Assembly: GCA_002706205.1 (NCBI GenBank)
Contig: PAKC01000068.1
Coordinates: 21,259 to 85,258, forward strand
Length of the DNA: 64,000 nt
Source: Halobacteriovoraceae bacterium
GTDB lineage: Bacteria > Bdellovibrionota > Bacteriovoracia > Bacteriovoracales > Bacteriovoracaceae
Direction: 5' to 3'
Position 1 is the stretch's first letter, and every line of letters begins with the position of its first letter. The notes beneath the pieces were generated by a model. It was not told where the DNA came from. It saw only the letters and a program-made list of their open reading frames with translations, and did not search any database. A program made the position numbers and the translations under genes. Shown in pieces: positions 18,697 through 28,850 of this stretch.

Positions 18697-20274
18697 ATGT
18701 CACAAAACAATCTTGTTACAGATTTTCTTTATCACGTGAATAATTCTCCAGATAAGATTGCCTTTGTTATTCCTGAAAATATAGACAGCCTAAATGATTA
18801 TAAAGAAAAGCTAATCACTTTTTCTCACTTCTATGAGATAGTCGCCAAATATCGCAAAGGCTTAAAAAATGAGGGCTATGTCAAAGGAGATAGAATTATC
18901 ATCCTAGCTCCAATTAATGAAAAAACATATGCATTAATGCTTGCCATATTTTCACTGGGAATGGTGGTTGTCTTTCTCGACCCAGGAATTGGGTTAAAAA
19001 AAATACTTAGAGCAATCTCAGACTCAAAAGCTAAAGCGATTATAAGTGTTGATAAACTTCTTAAGTATCACTTTTTATTTCCGTCGTTATGGAAAAAAAC
19101 AAAATACACAATTGATCAAAATAGGATTGGCCTTAAACAAGAAAACACTCTTTATGCAAAAGAGTATGACAAAATCATTGCTGAAAAAATGCAACCAGAT
19201 GATTACGCTCTTATGACCTATACCTCTGGTTCTACAGGAAAAAGCAAAGGCACAAATAGAAATATTGAAAATATAACAAAACAAATCAATTTTATAAAAA
19301 AAGCCTGGCCATGCCATGAGACAACTATTGATTTTCCCTCCTTCCCTATGTTTGGTCTTATGAATCTTTTGTGTGGGATAACAACAGTTGTTCCAGCAGT
19401 TAATTTTTCAAATATAGGAAGTTTTAACCCGGAAGTTGTCATTAAACAGATGGAAAGATGGAATATTACTCGTATGTGTGGCTCCTATGCTTTTCACAAT
19501 AAACTCGTGAAAAAATTAAAAGAAAAAAATAAAAAAATAAAGAGTTTAAAAAATATTGCATTTGGAGGATGTCCGGTCACCGAGGAATTCTGCCAAGGTC
19601 TTTTCGAGATTTATCCAAATGCAAAAACGGAAATCATTTATGGTTCAACTGAAGTAGCTCCAATTTCAAGTATTGAAATTAATGAGTTTCTTGCTGCAAA
19701 AGGAGATGGTTTTTTGGTCGGTCATATTTATCCCGGTCTTCAAGTCAAAGTCGTAAAACTCCCTCAAAAGATATATGAATTTGATCATCAAGATGGCAAA
19801 CAATATGAAATGGGCACTAACTCAATTGGAGAAGTCATTATTCAAGGGCCACATGTTGTCCAAGAATATATTGATAACCCGCAGGCAACAAAAGAAAACA
19901 AAATAAAATCTCCGACAGGAAAAAAATGGCATAGAAGTGGAGATTGTGGCTATTTTGATAACGAGGGAAGACTTTGGCTTGTAGGAAGGATAAATGATAT
20001 TATTTGGTCTGCCCAAAAAGAACTTCATCCTTATTCAATTGAAGCCCAACTCGATAAGTTACAAGGAATTCAAAGAAGTGCTCTTGTTCAAAAAGGAAAA
20101 GAAATTAAACTTTTTATTGAAGGACAGCTCAATACAAAAAATCAACCGCTACTAAAACAATTGCTTCAAAAAAATAATTTAGAAAAAGTGAAGCTCCAAT
20201 CCATCACGAAGATACCCGTTGATGATAGGCATAACTCAAAAATAGACCGGGTAAAATTGAGAGGAATGATATAA
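18697..20274 (+). CDS. ANL-superfamily adenylating enzyme with OleC-like C-terminal signature
   Basis: TYTSGSTGKSKG, YGSTE, SGDCGYFD and GRINDII blocks. The C-terminus reads PVDDRHNSKIDRVKL instead of the usual SGKxxR. Confidence 0.75.
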   Translation: MSQNNLVTDFLYHVNNSPDKIAFVIPENIDSLNDYKEKLITFSHFYEIVAKYRKGLKNEGYVKGDRIIILAPINEKTYALMLAIFSLGMVVVFLDPGIGLKKILRAISDSKAKAIISVDKLLKYHFLFPSLWKKTKYTIDQNRIGLKQENTLYAKEYDKIIAEKMQPDDYALMTYTSGSTGKSKGTNRNIENITKQINFIKKAWPCHETTIDFPSFPMFGLMNLLCGITTVVPAVNFSNIGSFNPEVVIKQMERWNITRMCGSYAFHNKLVKKLKEKNKKIKSLKNIAFGGCPVTEEFCQGLFEIYPNAKTEIIYGSTEVAPISSIEINEFLAAKGDGFLVGHIYPGLQVKVVKLPQKIYEFDHQDGKQYEMGTNSIGEVIIQGPHVVQEYIDNPQATKENKIKSPTGKKWHRSGDCGYFDNEGRLWLVGRINDIIWSAQKELHPYSIEAQLDKLQGIQRSALVQKGKEIKLFIEGQLNTKNQPLLKQLLQKNNLEKVKLQSITKIPVDDRHNSKIDRVKLRGMI

Positions 20275-21296
20275 TGACCGTTAGTGGAAAGTATCATTAC
20301 TTATATCAAAAAAGCTATGGAGTTAAGATTGCTCAAATTGATGACTTTTTACCCGATGGGATAACCACTAATGAGGATATCATTACCCAAAACCAATTAC
20401 GCCTAAAAGATGAATGGGTCCAAAAAAGTATTGGGATTAGGCAAAGACATTGGTGTAAAAATGGAGAGACGGCCTCAGATTTAGGTGCGAAAGCTTTGAG
20501 AAAGGTTCTTCCCAGTAAGAGTTCACTTGAAGGTTTGATTGTTTCAACTGTATCAGAAGATGTGATGACCCCCTCAACTGCTTGTATCATTCAATCCAAA
20601 GCAACTCCCGGAGAACTTTATCCAGCCTTTGATATAAAAGCGGCCTGTGCGGGCTTTATTTTTGCTCTGGATATGGGAAGAAGAATGATACAGACTGGCG
20701 CTAAAAAAATAGCCTGTGTCGCCACAGAAACACGCAGCTATTATCTAGACAAAAAAGACAGAAGAACGGTTATGCTTTTTGGAGACGGGGCAGCGGCGGT
20801 TATTTTAGAAAAAACACAAAAGGATGAAATTGGAATTTTTTACTCCCATCTTATCAGTGATGGACGTTTTTGGGATGCTATCTTTGTTCCGGCCAGTGGT
20901 GGCCTTATTCAAGCACGCAACGAAGCTCCCAAAAATTCGATTGTTATGAATGATGCAAGTGGAATTTTTGATTCCGCCATACTAAAAATGCAAGAGCTCA
21001 TAAATAATGCTCTCACAGAGTGTAAGCTTACAAAAAATGACATTGATCACTTTATCATTCATCAGGCCAGCAAAAATATCGTTGCAAAAGTAGCAGACGA
21101 GCTAAAACTCGACCCATCCCAATTTACAATTAACTTTGATCAAGTAGGTAATATCACCTCAGCCTCAGTAGGAGTCCTTCTTTCACAATGCCTCAAAGAA
21201 AAAAGAATAAAAAAGGGAGACCTCATCTGTCTTATAGCAACAGGAGGAGGCTATAGCGCAGGAATCATCTTGCTAAGATGGGAGCAAGATTTATGA
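20274..21296 (+). CDS. KASIII/FabH-type thiolase-fold condensing enzyme
   Basis: Cys block AACAGF, His block HQASKN and Asn block GNITSAS in FabH order and spacing. Confidence 0.8.
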   Translation: MTVSGKYHYLYQKSYGVKIAQIDDFLPDGITTNEDIITQNQLRLKDEWVQKSIGIRQRHWCKNGETASDLGAKALRKVLPSKSSLEGLIVSTVSEDVMTPSTACIIQSKATPGELYPAFDIKAACAGFIFALDMGRRMIQTGAKKIACVATETRSYYLDKKDRRTVMLFGDGAAAVILEKTQKDEIGIFYSHLISDGRFWDAIFVPASGGLIQARNEAPKNSIVMNDASGIFDSAILKMQELINNALTECKLTKNDIDHFIIHQASKNIVAKVADELKLDPSQFTINFDQVGNITSASVGVLLSQCLKEKRIKKGDLICLIATGGGYSAGIILLRWEQDL

Positions 21297-21973
21297 AAAA
21301 TAATATATTAATCACAGCAGGACTCACAGGTATAGGAAAAGAAATATCAAAACTTTTGGCCGGTAATGGCTTCAATACCTACCATACAACCTCACGAATA
21401 GATCAGGTAGATGAACAAACTTTTTACTGGAATATGAAAGATTTAAATTCAAGTAAAGACCTGATCACACAACTTAAAAATAAAAATATTCATATCGATG
21501 GTCTTATCCATTGTGCACATATTTTTAGTCCGGCCCAACCCATCTTTGGTATTAATTCTAAAACTTTCAGTGAATCATTACTCACAAACATTCTTCCCTG
21601 CTTTGAACTTTCCAAAGGACTTGCAAAATTAATGGCCAGAAGAAATTATGGAAGAATTATTTTTATTGGTAGCATGGCCGCAATTAAAGGAAGTCCTGGA
21701 AAACTTAGCTATATTGTTGAAAAAAATGCTCTGAACGGACTGGCAGTAGCTTTTAATAGTGAACTTAAAGAAAAAAATGTTCTTACAAAAATTTTACACC
21801 CTGGCCTCACTGATACCGAACAGATCCGAAAGCGACTCAAACAAGAGATTTTAGATATTATAGGTGAAGATAACTTACTATCTCCACTGGATGTGGCCAA
21901 TAAAGTCCATTATTTGTTAAAAAATTCTGAACAACAAACAATATTTCATATGGGAGATGAACAATCATGGTAA
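21293..21973 (+). CDS. classical short-chain dehydrogenase/reductase
   Basis: I prefer ATG 21293 (ATGA overlap with the fabH-like stop) to 21278. Cofactor loop ITAGLTGIGKE and catalytic S...YIVEK. Confidence 0.75.
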   Translation: MKNNILITAGLTGIGKEISKLLAGNGFNTYHTTSRIDQVDEQTFYWNMKDLNSSKDLITQLKNKNIHIDGLIHCAHIFSPAQPIFGINSKTFSESLLTNILPCFELSKGLAKLMARRNYGRIIFIGSMAAIKGSPGKLSYIVEKNALNGLAVAFNSELKEKNVLTKILHPGLTDTEQIRKRLKQEILDIIGEDNLLSPLDVANKVHYLLKNSEQQTIFHMGDEQSW

Positions 21974-22740
21974 ATACTTTTTTCATTCCCCCTATGGGCC
22001 ATTTATCTAGTTTTTATCAAGACTATATTCAACAATATAATTCTCATTATTACTTTCTTGACTATCCTTTATCAAAACAAGAACAATTGACCGGTGCAAG
22101 TTGTTTGATTAAAAATGCAGACTACTTTGCCCAGAAGATCCAACAAATTAATCAAAAAACAAATCAAAATGAGTTTATGATCATAGGCGTTTCACTTGGC
22201 GCGACACTAAGTCTTAAAATAAATGAAAAGTTGAATAATACAGCAAATAAACTCATCTTAATTGCTCCAGGAGGAATTAAAGTTACAAGAGCGAGAAAAG
22301 AGCTGATCAAACAAACTCTTAACGAGCTAAACTGTATGGATTTTATTACCAAAGTCTTGGGTTTAACCTCCTCTGACTTTTTAAAATCAAATTTTTGTCA
22401 ACATTTCTCAGTCACCACTCCCACCTCCCAAGAGTACTATCAAAAACTATACTCATTTTGGAAAAATAATAATCATCTTAAAACTCAAGAAAATTTTAAA
22501 AGTCTTGTGATTGATGCCCTTGATGTTAACTATGAAGAATTACTTGAAAGATATCAAGACAAAATTCATATTATCTGGAGTGAAAAAGATAAGGTTTTTT
22601 CTTCAAGACATCTTAAAAGATTTCAACATCTTTGCCAAAAGTCAATTTTTTCAATTTATCCTAATTATGGGCATTATCTCCCCTTAGAAGCTCCAGAAGA
22701 GTTAAATAAAATTGTGAGGTCTTATGTTTGCCATCTTTGA
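21967..22740 (+). CDS. alpha/beta-fold serine hydrolase
   Basis: Nucleophile elbow GVSLG and C-terminal His block YPNYGHYLPLEAPE. Confidence 0.65.
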   Translation: MVNTFFIPPMGHLSSFYQDYIQQYNSHYYFLDYPLSKQEQLTGASCLIKNADYFAQKIQQINQKTNQNEFMIIGVSLGATLSLKINEKLNNTANKLILIAPGGIKVTRARKELIKQTLNELNCMDFITKVLGLTSSDFLKSNFCQHFSVTTPTSQEYYQKLYSFWKNNNHLKTQENFKSLVIDALDVNYEELLERYQDKIHIIWSEKDKVFSSRHLKRFQHLCQKSIFSIYPNYGHYLPLEAPEELNKIVRSYVCHL

Positions 22741-23539
22741 CCTCCTATTTATCATAACAACCCTTATACTACATACAACAAGCTTATATTTAAGTTATAT
22801 AGTAGTTATTCCTTTATGGTCACAAAGTCTTTTTTTTAATGTCTTCACAATTATCCTTGGTTATTTTTTATTTTTACATTTTTTCACTCTACAAACAGGT
22901 CTTCTCAGACTGCTTTTCCAACCAAAATTAAAAGAAGGAAGTTTTTCTATCGGATTGAATAAAGGTTATGTGGGTTGGGTGCTTAATTCACTCATTCAAG
23001 GTGTATTTATTTCCTCACCCTTTGCTCAGCAATGTTTATTCATTTTTTATCTCAAATGGGCATATTATCGACTTATGGGGATGAAGGTTTCGTTTAAAAG
23101 TTTAATTGGAATGCATACAATAATACGCCAAGCAGAACTTATTGAAATCGGAAAAAAAACTGTCATAGGTCTAGGAGCAGCTCTGAGCTGCCATTATTCT
23201 CCTAGCTCTAAAATTCATATTCAAAGATCTGTAAAAATTGGTGACAATTGTGTTATTGGGGGATTTGCGATTGTAGGAGCTGGCTCCAGCATCGGAAATA
23301 ATACTGTCATCGGGGCAAAGACAAATCTTCTACCTAATGTTTCACTTGGAAACAACGTCAAAATTGGTGGAAATTGTAATATCAACTTTGGAGTGGCCAT
23401 CCCCGACAATGTAAAAATAAAAAGTCATACAGTCATTACCAAAAATGATCAAATCAACTCTGGAGAAATATGGGCAGGTCATCCTGCAAAAAAAGTAGGT
23501 CTCATTGAAGACATAAAAGGAGTAAAAAATGATATTTGA
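22724..23539 (+). CDS. membrane-anchored hexapeptide-repeat (left-handed beta-helix) acyltransferase
   Basis: Hydrophobic N-terminal half with several TM helices. The C-terminal half carries tandem hexapeptide repeats IGDNCVIGGFAIVGAGSSIGNNTVIGAKTNLLPNVSLGNNVKIGGN. Confidence 0.7.
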   Translation: MFAIFDLLFIITTLILHTTSLYLSYIVVIPLWSQSLFFNVFTIILGYFLFLHFFTLQTGLLRLLFQPKLKEGSFSIGLNKGYVGWVLNSLIQGVFISSPFAQQCLFIFYLKWAYYRLMGMKVSFKSLIGMHTIIRQAELIEIGKKTVIGLGAALSCHYSPSSKIHIQRSVKIGDNCVIGGFAIVGAGSSIGNNTVIGAKTNLLPNVSLGNNVKIGGNCNINFGVAIPDNVKIKSHTVITKNDQINSGEIWAGHPAKKVGLIEDIKGVKNDI

Positions 23540-24194
23540 AGATCAAATGAAAGCGGCACTAAAAGAATCAATTACCGTTATTGAAAAGACACAATTTTAT
23601 CAAGATATAATCAATGGGAAAAATGGCAAAAAGTATTATATTAAATATTTAGAGTACGCTTATCATTACGTAACTTTAACATCTTCATTTACTCCTTTAG
23701 CTGCAAGAAGAATGGATCCAAAATATTTAAGGATTAGAAAATGGATTTTAGAACATTCAAGTGAAGAGATGGGACATGAGTTAATGGCCTTAAACGACTT
23801 AAAAAAATTAGGTAAAGCAGAAAATGAAATTACATCTCAGTCTCCTCCTCTAGGTGTCACATGTTGGGTGAGCTATTTTCATTATCAAGTGGCCATTGCA
23901 AACCCCTTTAACGCATTTGGAGTGCTCTACTTTTTAGAAGGAATGGCCACAGACCTAGCACCAAAACTTGTACCTAAAATTATAGATTCACTTGATGACA
24001 AAGAAAAAAAAGCTATTACTTTTTTTCGTGAACATGGTGATCTAGATGAAGATCATCTGGCCGAGCAAGAAGCAATTCTTTTTAAAGCAGACTTAGATAA
24101 AATACAACAAGATTCAATTATTAAAACTGTTCAAGAAGCAGCACAAATAAAAAAGTTTATGCTAGACCAACTTGTTTTGGAATTTAATCAATAA
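23529..24194 (+). CDS. heme-oxygenase-like fold, putative diiron 'iron-containing redox enzyme' family protein
   Basis: All-helical and about 220 aa. Carboxylate/His ligand-like blocks HSSEEMGHE, YFLEGMA and REHGDLDEDH lie on separate helices. Confidence 0.55.
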   Translation: MIFEDQMKAALKESITVIEKTQFYQDIINGKNGKKYYIKYLEYAYHYVTLTSSFTPLAARRMDPKYLRIRKWILEHSSEEMGHELMALNDLKKLGKAENEITSQSPPLGVTCWVSYFHYQVAIANPFNAFGVLYFLEGMATDLAPKLVPKIIDSLDDKEKKAITFFREHGDLDEDHLAEQEAILFKADLDKIQQDSIIKTVQEAAQIKKFMLDQLVLEFNQ

Positions 24195-24204
24195 GGAGAA
24201 TCAG

Positions 24205-24432
24205 ATGGCAACTCAACAAGAAATTATCGGCCTTATTTCAGAAATCACAGGAGTTTCTCAAGAAGAAATAAAAATGACTGATGAATTCAAATCAGACTTA
24301 AAAATGGATTCCATTGCGATTGTGGATCTCATTTCTTCGTTAGAAGAGGACTTCGACGTTATTATTGAAATGGAAAAAGCCATGACCATTAAAAATGTTC
24401 AGCAACTCATAGATGAAATAAACTCTAATTAA
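24205..24432 (+). CDS. acyl carrier protein
   Basis: ATG 24205 with an AAGGAG RBS; the track start at 24172 lies inside the upstream gene. Phosphopantetheine site LKMDSIAIVDL. 75 aa and acidic. Confidence 0.8.
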   Translation: MATQQEIIGLISEITGVSQEEIKMTDEFKSDLKMDSIAIVDLISSLEEDFDVIIEMEKAMTIKNVQQLIDEINSN

Positions 24433-26137
24433 GTATAAGAAGCTCTGCCCCAGTCTTAACGAGATCATTTTCTTGAAATAAAACAGAAAGAACTTTCGCT
24501 GACTTCTTTGCTTTGATTTCAACGGTTGTTTTCATCGCTTCAAGAACAAAAAGGAGGTCACCTTGCTCCACTTGCTCTCCCTCAGCAACAAGAATCTTAA
24601 TCACTTTCCCGGTAATGGGAGAAGTATAATCATTATTTTTTTCTAAAAAAGACTCTCGCCAAAACTGACGTGCCACACAGAAGTTTAGAATGGCACCATC
24701 CACAATTTTCTCCACATAAAAATTTTGTGATCTAGCAAGAACTTTATATTGATGGCGATGAATCTCAACCAGACTCATATCAAAAAAGTCCTCTCCCCTT
24801 TCCTTTTTACCCCACAAATAACTCTTAATTTCTTCATCATCAATAATCGGCTTTATAAGTTCATATTTTTGTCCTTCAAGCCAACTTACATTATGTTCTT
24901 GAGCTATAAAGACATCATGTTTTGCTAATTCCAACAAGAAACCTTTATTCGTATGGATACCAAAGATTGTTAATTCTTTAAGCCCTCTACAAAGATTATC
25001 AAGTGCATCCTGACGAGTCTTTCCAACAACAACTAACTTCCCAATCAAGGGATCATATTGATGAGCAACAATACCGTTTTCGTTTAAAAAGGTGTCAAAA
25101 CGGTAATCATCATTATTTTTCATATAACAAATTTCTCCAGGACATGGAGAAAAATCCATAAACGGATTCACGGCATAAATTCTTGCACTAAAACTATGAC
25201 CACGGCTTTTGACGTCTTTCAACTGAAATTGATTTAACGCTAATTCAAACTGCCACTGAACCAAGTTTATATCATACAACATTTCTGTAACAGTATGCTC
25301 GACTTGAATTCTTGTATTTACTTCTAAAAAATACAATTCTTCTTTCTCTTCATCCCATAGGAATTCAATAGTTCCAGCTCCAAGATACCCGTAATTCATC
25401 AACGTTGTTTTAATTTTCGGGTAAAGCTCTCCCATTTTTTTGTTTGCATTTTCCTGAGCAGGGCCTTCTTCTAAAACTTTTTGGTAATTTAGTTGGAGTG
25501 AACAATCACGTGTCCCCAAAAAGATAACATCGTCCTGAGTCGCAAAAAATTGTAATTCAACATGCTTAGCAAAAGGAAGATAACGCTCATAAATAATCTC
25601 TGAATTATCAAAAAGCTGTTGGGACTTTTTTTTAAGTTCACTCTCAGCATTTATTAATTTTGAAATATCTTCAACGACTTTGTTTCCTCGCCCACCTCCT
25701 CCAAAACTTGCCTTTAACATAAGCGGGAAATCTTTTGCTTGAGGCCTTTGTACCTCTAAAACACCTAAAGAACATTTCTTAGCAAAGATTTGTGATTCCT
25801 TTTTACTTGCAAGTTTTTCTAGACTAAGCGTAGAGGGTCCCACAAAAATGACGCCGTTTTCTTCGCAAAGCTTTGCAAGTCTAGGATCTTCAGACAAAAA
25901 GCCATATCCAGGATAGAGTACCTCAATCTCATATTTTTTGAGCACATGGTTAATAAAGTCTAAATTAACATAAGGATTGTCTTGTTCAGAAACAGAAATA
26001 AAATGATCAGCTTGTTGAGTAATCTTTGTCTCTAATTCGTTCTCGTTTACAAAACAATAACTTGTCAGCTCAAGGTTTTGACAAACTTTGATCGCCCGAA
26101 AAGCAATTTCTCCACGATTAAGAACTAAAACATTCAT
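24425..26137 (-). CDS. biotin carboxylase fused to a biotin carboxyl carrier domain (BC-BCCP)
   Basis: ATP-grasp glycine loop KASFGGGGRGNKVV with BC-length N and C domains. C-terminal biotinyl motif LEAMKTTVEI. Confidence 0.85.
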   Translation of the reverse strand: MNVLVLNRGEIAFRAIKVCQNLELTSYCFVNENELETKITQQADHFISVSEQDNPYVNLDFINHVLKKYEIEVLYPGYGFLSEDPRLAKLCEENGVIFVGPSTLSLEKLASKKESQIFAKKCSLGVLEVQRPQAKDFPLMLKASFGGGGRGNKVVEDISKLINAESELKKKSQQLFDNSEIIYERYLPFAKHVELQFFATQDDVIFLGTRDCSLQLNYQKVLEEGPAQENANKKMGELYPKIKTTLMNYGYLGAGTIEFLWDEEKEELYFLEVNTRIQVEHTVTEMLYDINLVQWQFELALNQFQLKDVKSRGHSFSARIYAVNPFMDFSPCPGEICYMKNNDDYRFDTFLNENGIVAHQYDPLIGKLVVVGKTRQDALDNLCRGLKELTIFGIHTNKGFLLELAKHDVFIAQEHNVSWLEGQKYELIKPIIDDEEIKSYLWGKKERGEDFFDMSLVEIHRHQYKVLARSQNFYVEKIVDGAILNFCVARQFWRESFLEKNNDYTSPITGKVIKILVAEGEQVEQGDLLFVLEAMKTTVEIKAKKSAKVLSVLFQENDLVKTGAELLILN

Positions 26138-27714
26138 TCATTTACCTCTATATCAAAGTGGGAGATCATTTTATGAGATAAAAAATTCTTAAAAAAAGAA
26201 GCCGAGTAATGATAAGAATTTTTTTCTTCAAAAATTATTGATAGAATATATTCTAAGCTAGATTCCTGACTAAGCTGACCATAAACCTTATTATTTTTCA
26301 AAAAAAGATAATAAGAAACTGCAGACACAAGTCTACAATAGTCTAAAGCCAATTTCCGATTTTGATAGTCATCTTTATGATCAAGGCCATCTAAACTTTC
26401 TAGAAACTTTAAACGATATTTTTCAATCTTTTGCACTCCCTTATTTTGTTTATTAGAAGTTCTTAAAAAACTTGAAAAAAGAAAATCTTTATTCCGAGCA
26501 GAAAGCTTTAATCGCTTAAAATCAAACTCAGGGAGTTTTTCATTCACATTCAAAATACTTTGGTCATAAATTTCTTCACTGGTAATATGATGTTTTATAT
26601 TATTAAACTTACTTGCAATAATTGATAAATTAACCCCTACACTTCCATCAAAAAGAGAGACAACAGCATGATCTCTTAAAAATTTTTGAAAGAGCGGATA
26701 ATCATTTTCTCTTAAATAGTATCGGGCCCCCATAATTTCAGAGCAAATTTTAATCTGTTGATCAATAAGAGGCGGAATATAGGCTTTAATAACCGCACTG
26801 TAGAGACTTAAAAACTCAGGTTGTACTGTCCCCACACGAGAAACCACACAGCTTAAGGCTTCACAGGCCATGATTCTAGCAAATGACTCAGACAGCAAAC
26901 ATAAAATCCTTTTATCATCAATCAAGTTTTTACCGTACAAAACTCTCCTATTTACAAAATCTAAAGTATTTCTAAATGTCGTATCTGCAGCCCCCAAAGA
27001 AAAGCTTGCGCATAATGTTCTTGAAACATGCATGGTTTTAGCCACAATTTCTAATCCTCTTGCCTGCCTTCCCACAAAAGCTTCTTCTTTAAGTGGAAGA
27101 TCAGAAAAAATAATACCACTAATATCAGCTCCCCTGATTCCATGAGTCTTAATCTTATTGATATAAGAAAAAAACTTATCAGAAATATCATCCTTTTTAA
27201 CAAAAAAAAGAGTCGGTCCTTGTTTTGTCATTGCTAAAACAGTTAATGCTTTTCCTTTCGTCGCATTATTAATACACCATTTTGTGCCAGATAAGACTTC
27301 TTTCTCTTGATCATAAAAAACTTCTGTGGCACTTAAATCACTACCATGTTTTTCCTCTGTCAAAGCCAAGCAGTTTGCACCAGAATTGCTAAGAATTTTG
27401 GCCAGAGCTTCTTTTTGCTCTTGAGTTCCGGCCAACCAAACAGGGATTGATCCTAAAAAAGATTGGCCAATTGCAATAGCTGAAGTTAAATTTCTTCTTG
27501 CTAAAACACGACCTAAACAAAAAGTTTGATAAGGATGCTCAAACCTCCCCTTAAATTCACTCGGGATAAAATAAGATAAAATATTTTGCTGAAAATAATA
27601 CGACATCTCACTTGGAAATTGGCTTTGTTCATCATCTTCATAGATAACGTCTATAAATTCTGACCTTCTTTTTAAAAGTTTTTCAAACTTAGCAATCTCT
27701 ATTTTCATAACCAC
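26134..27714 (-). CDS. acyl-CoA/acyl-ACP dehydrogenase-like flavoprotein (atypical)
   Basis: ACAD blocks TEEKHGSDL, GTKWCINN and GRQARGLEIV. The C-terminal motif RDHAVVSLFDGSVGVNLSIIA aligns to the RD....YEGT....IIA block of MCAD. Confidence 0.7.
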   Translation of the reverse strand: MVMKIEIAKFEKLLKRRSEFIDVIYEDDEQSQFPSEMSYYFQQNILSYFIPSEFKGRFEHPYQTFCLGRVLARRNLTSAIAIGQSFLGSIPVWLAGTQEQKEALAKILSNSGANCLALTEEKHGSDLSATEVFYDQEKEVLSGTKWCINNATKGKALTVLAMTKQGPTLFFVKKDDISDKFFSYINKIKTHGIRGADISGIIFSDLPLKEEAFVGRQARGLEIVAKTMHVSRTLCASFSLGAADTTFRNTLDFVNRRVLYGKNLIDDKRILCLLSESFARIMACEALSCVVSRVGTVQPEFLSLYSAVIKAYIPPLIDQQIKICSEIMGARYYLRENDYPLFQKFLRDHAVVSLFDGSVGVNLSIIASKFNNIKHHITSEEIYDQSILNVNEKLPEFDFKRLKLSARNKDFLFSSFLRTSNKQNKGVQKIEKYRLKFLESLDGLDHKDDYQNRKLALDYCRLVSAVSYYLFLKNNKVYGQLSQESSLEYILSIIFEEKNSYHYSASFFKNFLSHKMISHFDIEVNE

Positions 27715-28601
27715 TTCTTTGTTATTTTAAATGTTTGTTTTAACAAAAGTTCCCACATATCTTTGCGCCTTCCGCCCAGATGCGGAGTTATGAAGACATT
27801 TTCAAGTTCATTTAACTTTCCTTCTTTGGGATAAGGTTCAGGATAAGTCACATCTGTTAGATAAACTGCGGTCTCATTTTTTTCAAAAAAGTTTTCAAGT
27901 TCTTGAGTATCAAATAACTCTCCACGAGCAATATTAACCACACAGATATCTTTCTTTATTTTTTTAAAAAATTTGTCTTGGGTAAAAAGATCTCTTGTTT
28001 CTTGACTCAAAGGGACTGCAATAAATAAGTAATCAACTTTTTCCAAAAAATTCTGATAATGATCTAAGTCATAATAAGTTGTAAAGTCAATTTTAGAGCG
28101 TGAACAACAAATAATCTCACCAAATAAGTTTTGCGTTAGTTTAAAAATTTCGGTCCCAATATGACCTCCTCCCAAAATACCAGCAATTTTTTGCTGTGGA
28201 TTATCTGCTATAAAATAACCCTCTTCACAAAACTCTGACGGAGCAATCTCTCCTCTAATGGCCTTCATCACAAGATAAAGAGCATGTTCGGCCACTGAAC
28301 GAGAATTTACACCACTTGATGAAGTCACTTGAAATTTTTGTACTTCTTGCCATGAAACAGGAATTTGTGCCGTCCAAAAATGCACGGCCTTAAGCTTATC
28401 ATTTTTTTGCACCATTCTTAAAGAAAAAGGCATTCCAACAATATAGTCGGCATCAAGTAATTTTTTTCTTGCTCCTTTTGTCTCTAAAACATAATCAACT
28501 TCAAAAAAGTTATGAAATTGCTGAGTTAGCTCTTGTCTACATGTAGCTGAAAGTTTCCAAAATCCTTCATCAATTGGATTATAAATAACAAGTCTCTTCA
28601 T
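27705..28601 (-). CDS. D-isomer-specific 2-hydroxyacid dehydrogenase family, NAD-binding
   Basis: Rossmann loop GILGGGHIGTEI, NIARGELFD and ITPHLGG blocks. Confidence 0.75.
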   Translation of the reverse strand: MKRLVIYNPIDEGFWKLSATCRQELTQQFHNFFEVDYVLETKGARKKLLDADYIVGMPFSLRMVQKNDKLKAVHFWTAQIPVSWQEVQKFQVTSSSGVNSRSVAEHALYLVMKAIRGEIAPSEFCEEGYFIADNPQQKIAGILGGGHIGTEIFKLTQNLFGEIICCSRSKIDFTTYYDLDHYQNFLEKVDYLFIAVPLSQETRDLFTQDKFFKKIKKDICVVNIARGELFDTQELENFFEKNETAVYLTDVTYPEPYPKEGKLNELENVFITPHLGGRRKDMWELLLKQTFKITKKWL

Positions 28602-28843
28602 TTCATATTCTCATTAATATACTTTAAGACATCTGAAACCTTATTCCACTGCTCTAAAATGTCTTCATCATCATCAGTCTCTAACTCATCAGTTATTTCA
28701 TAAAAGAGAGTCACTTTTGCCAGTGAATCCAATCCCAAGTTTTCTCTTAGTAAATCACCTTGGTTAATATCCGATATATTCTTCTTTAAAAATATATCTT
28801 CAGTTTGAGTCAAAATTCTTTTTAACAAATCTAATTCTTTCAT
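28598..28843 (-). CDS. acyl carrier protein (second copy)
   Basis: 81 aa and acidic, with phosphopantetheine site LGLDSLAKV. Confidence 0.75.
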   Translation of the reverse strand: MKELDLLKRILTQTEDIFLKKNISDINQGDLLRENLGLDSLAKVTLFYEITDELETDDDEDILEQWNKVSDVLKYINENMK

Positions 28844-28850
28844 TTATTCC

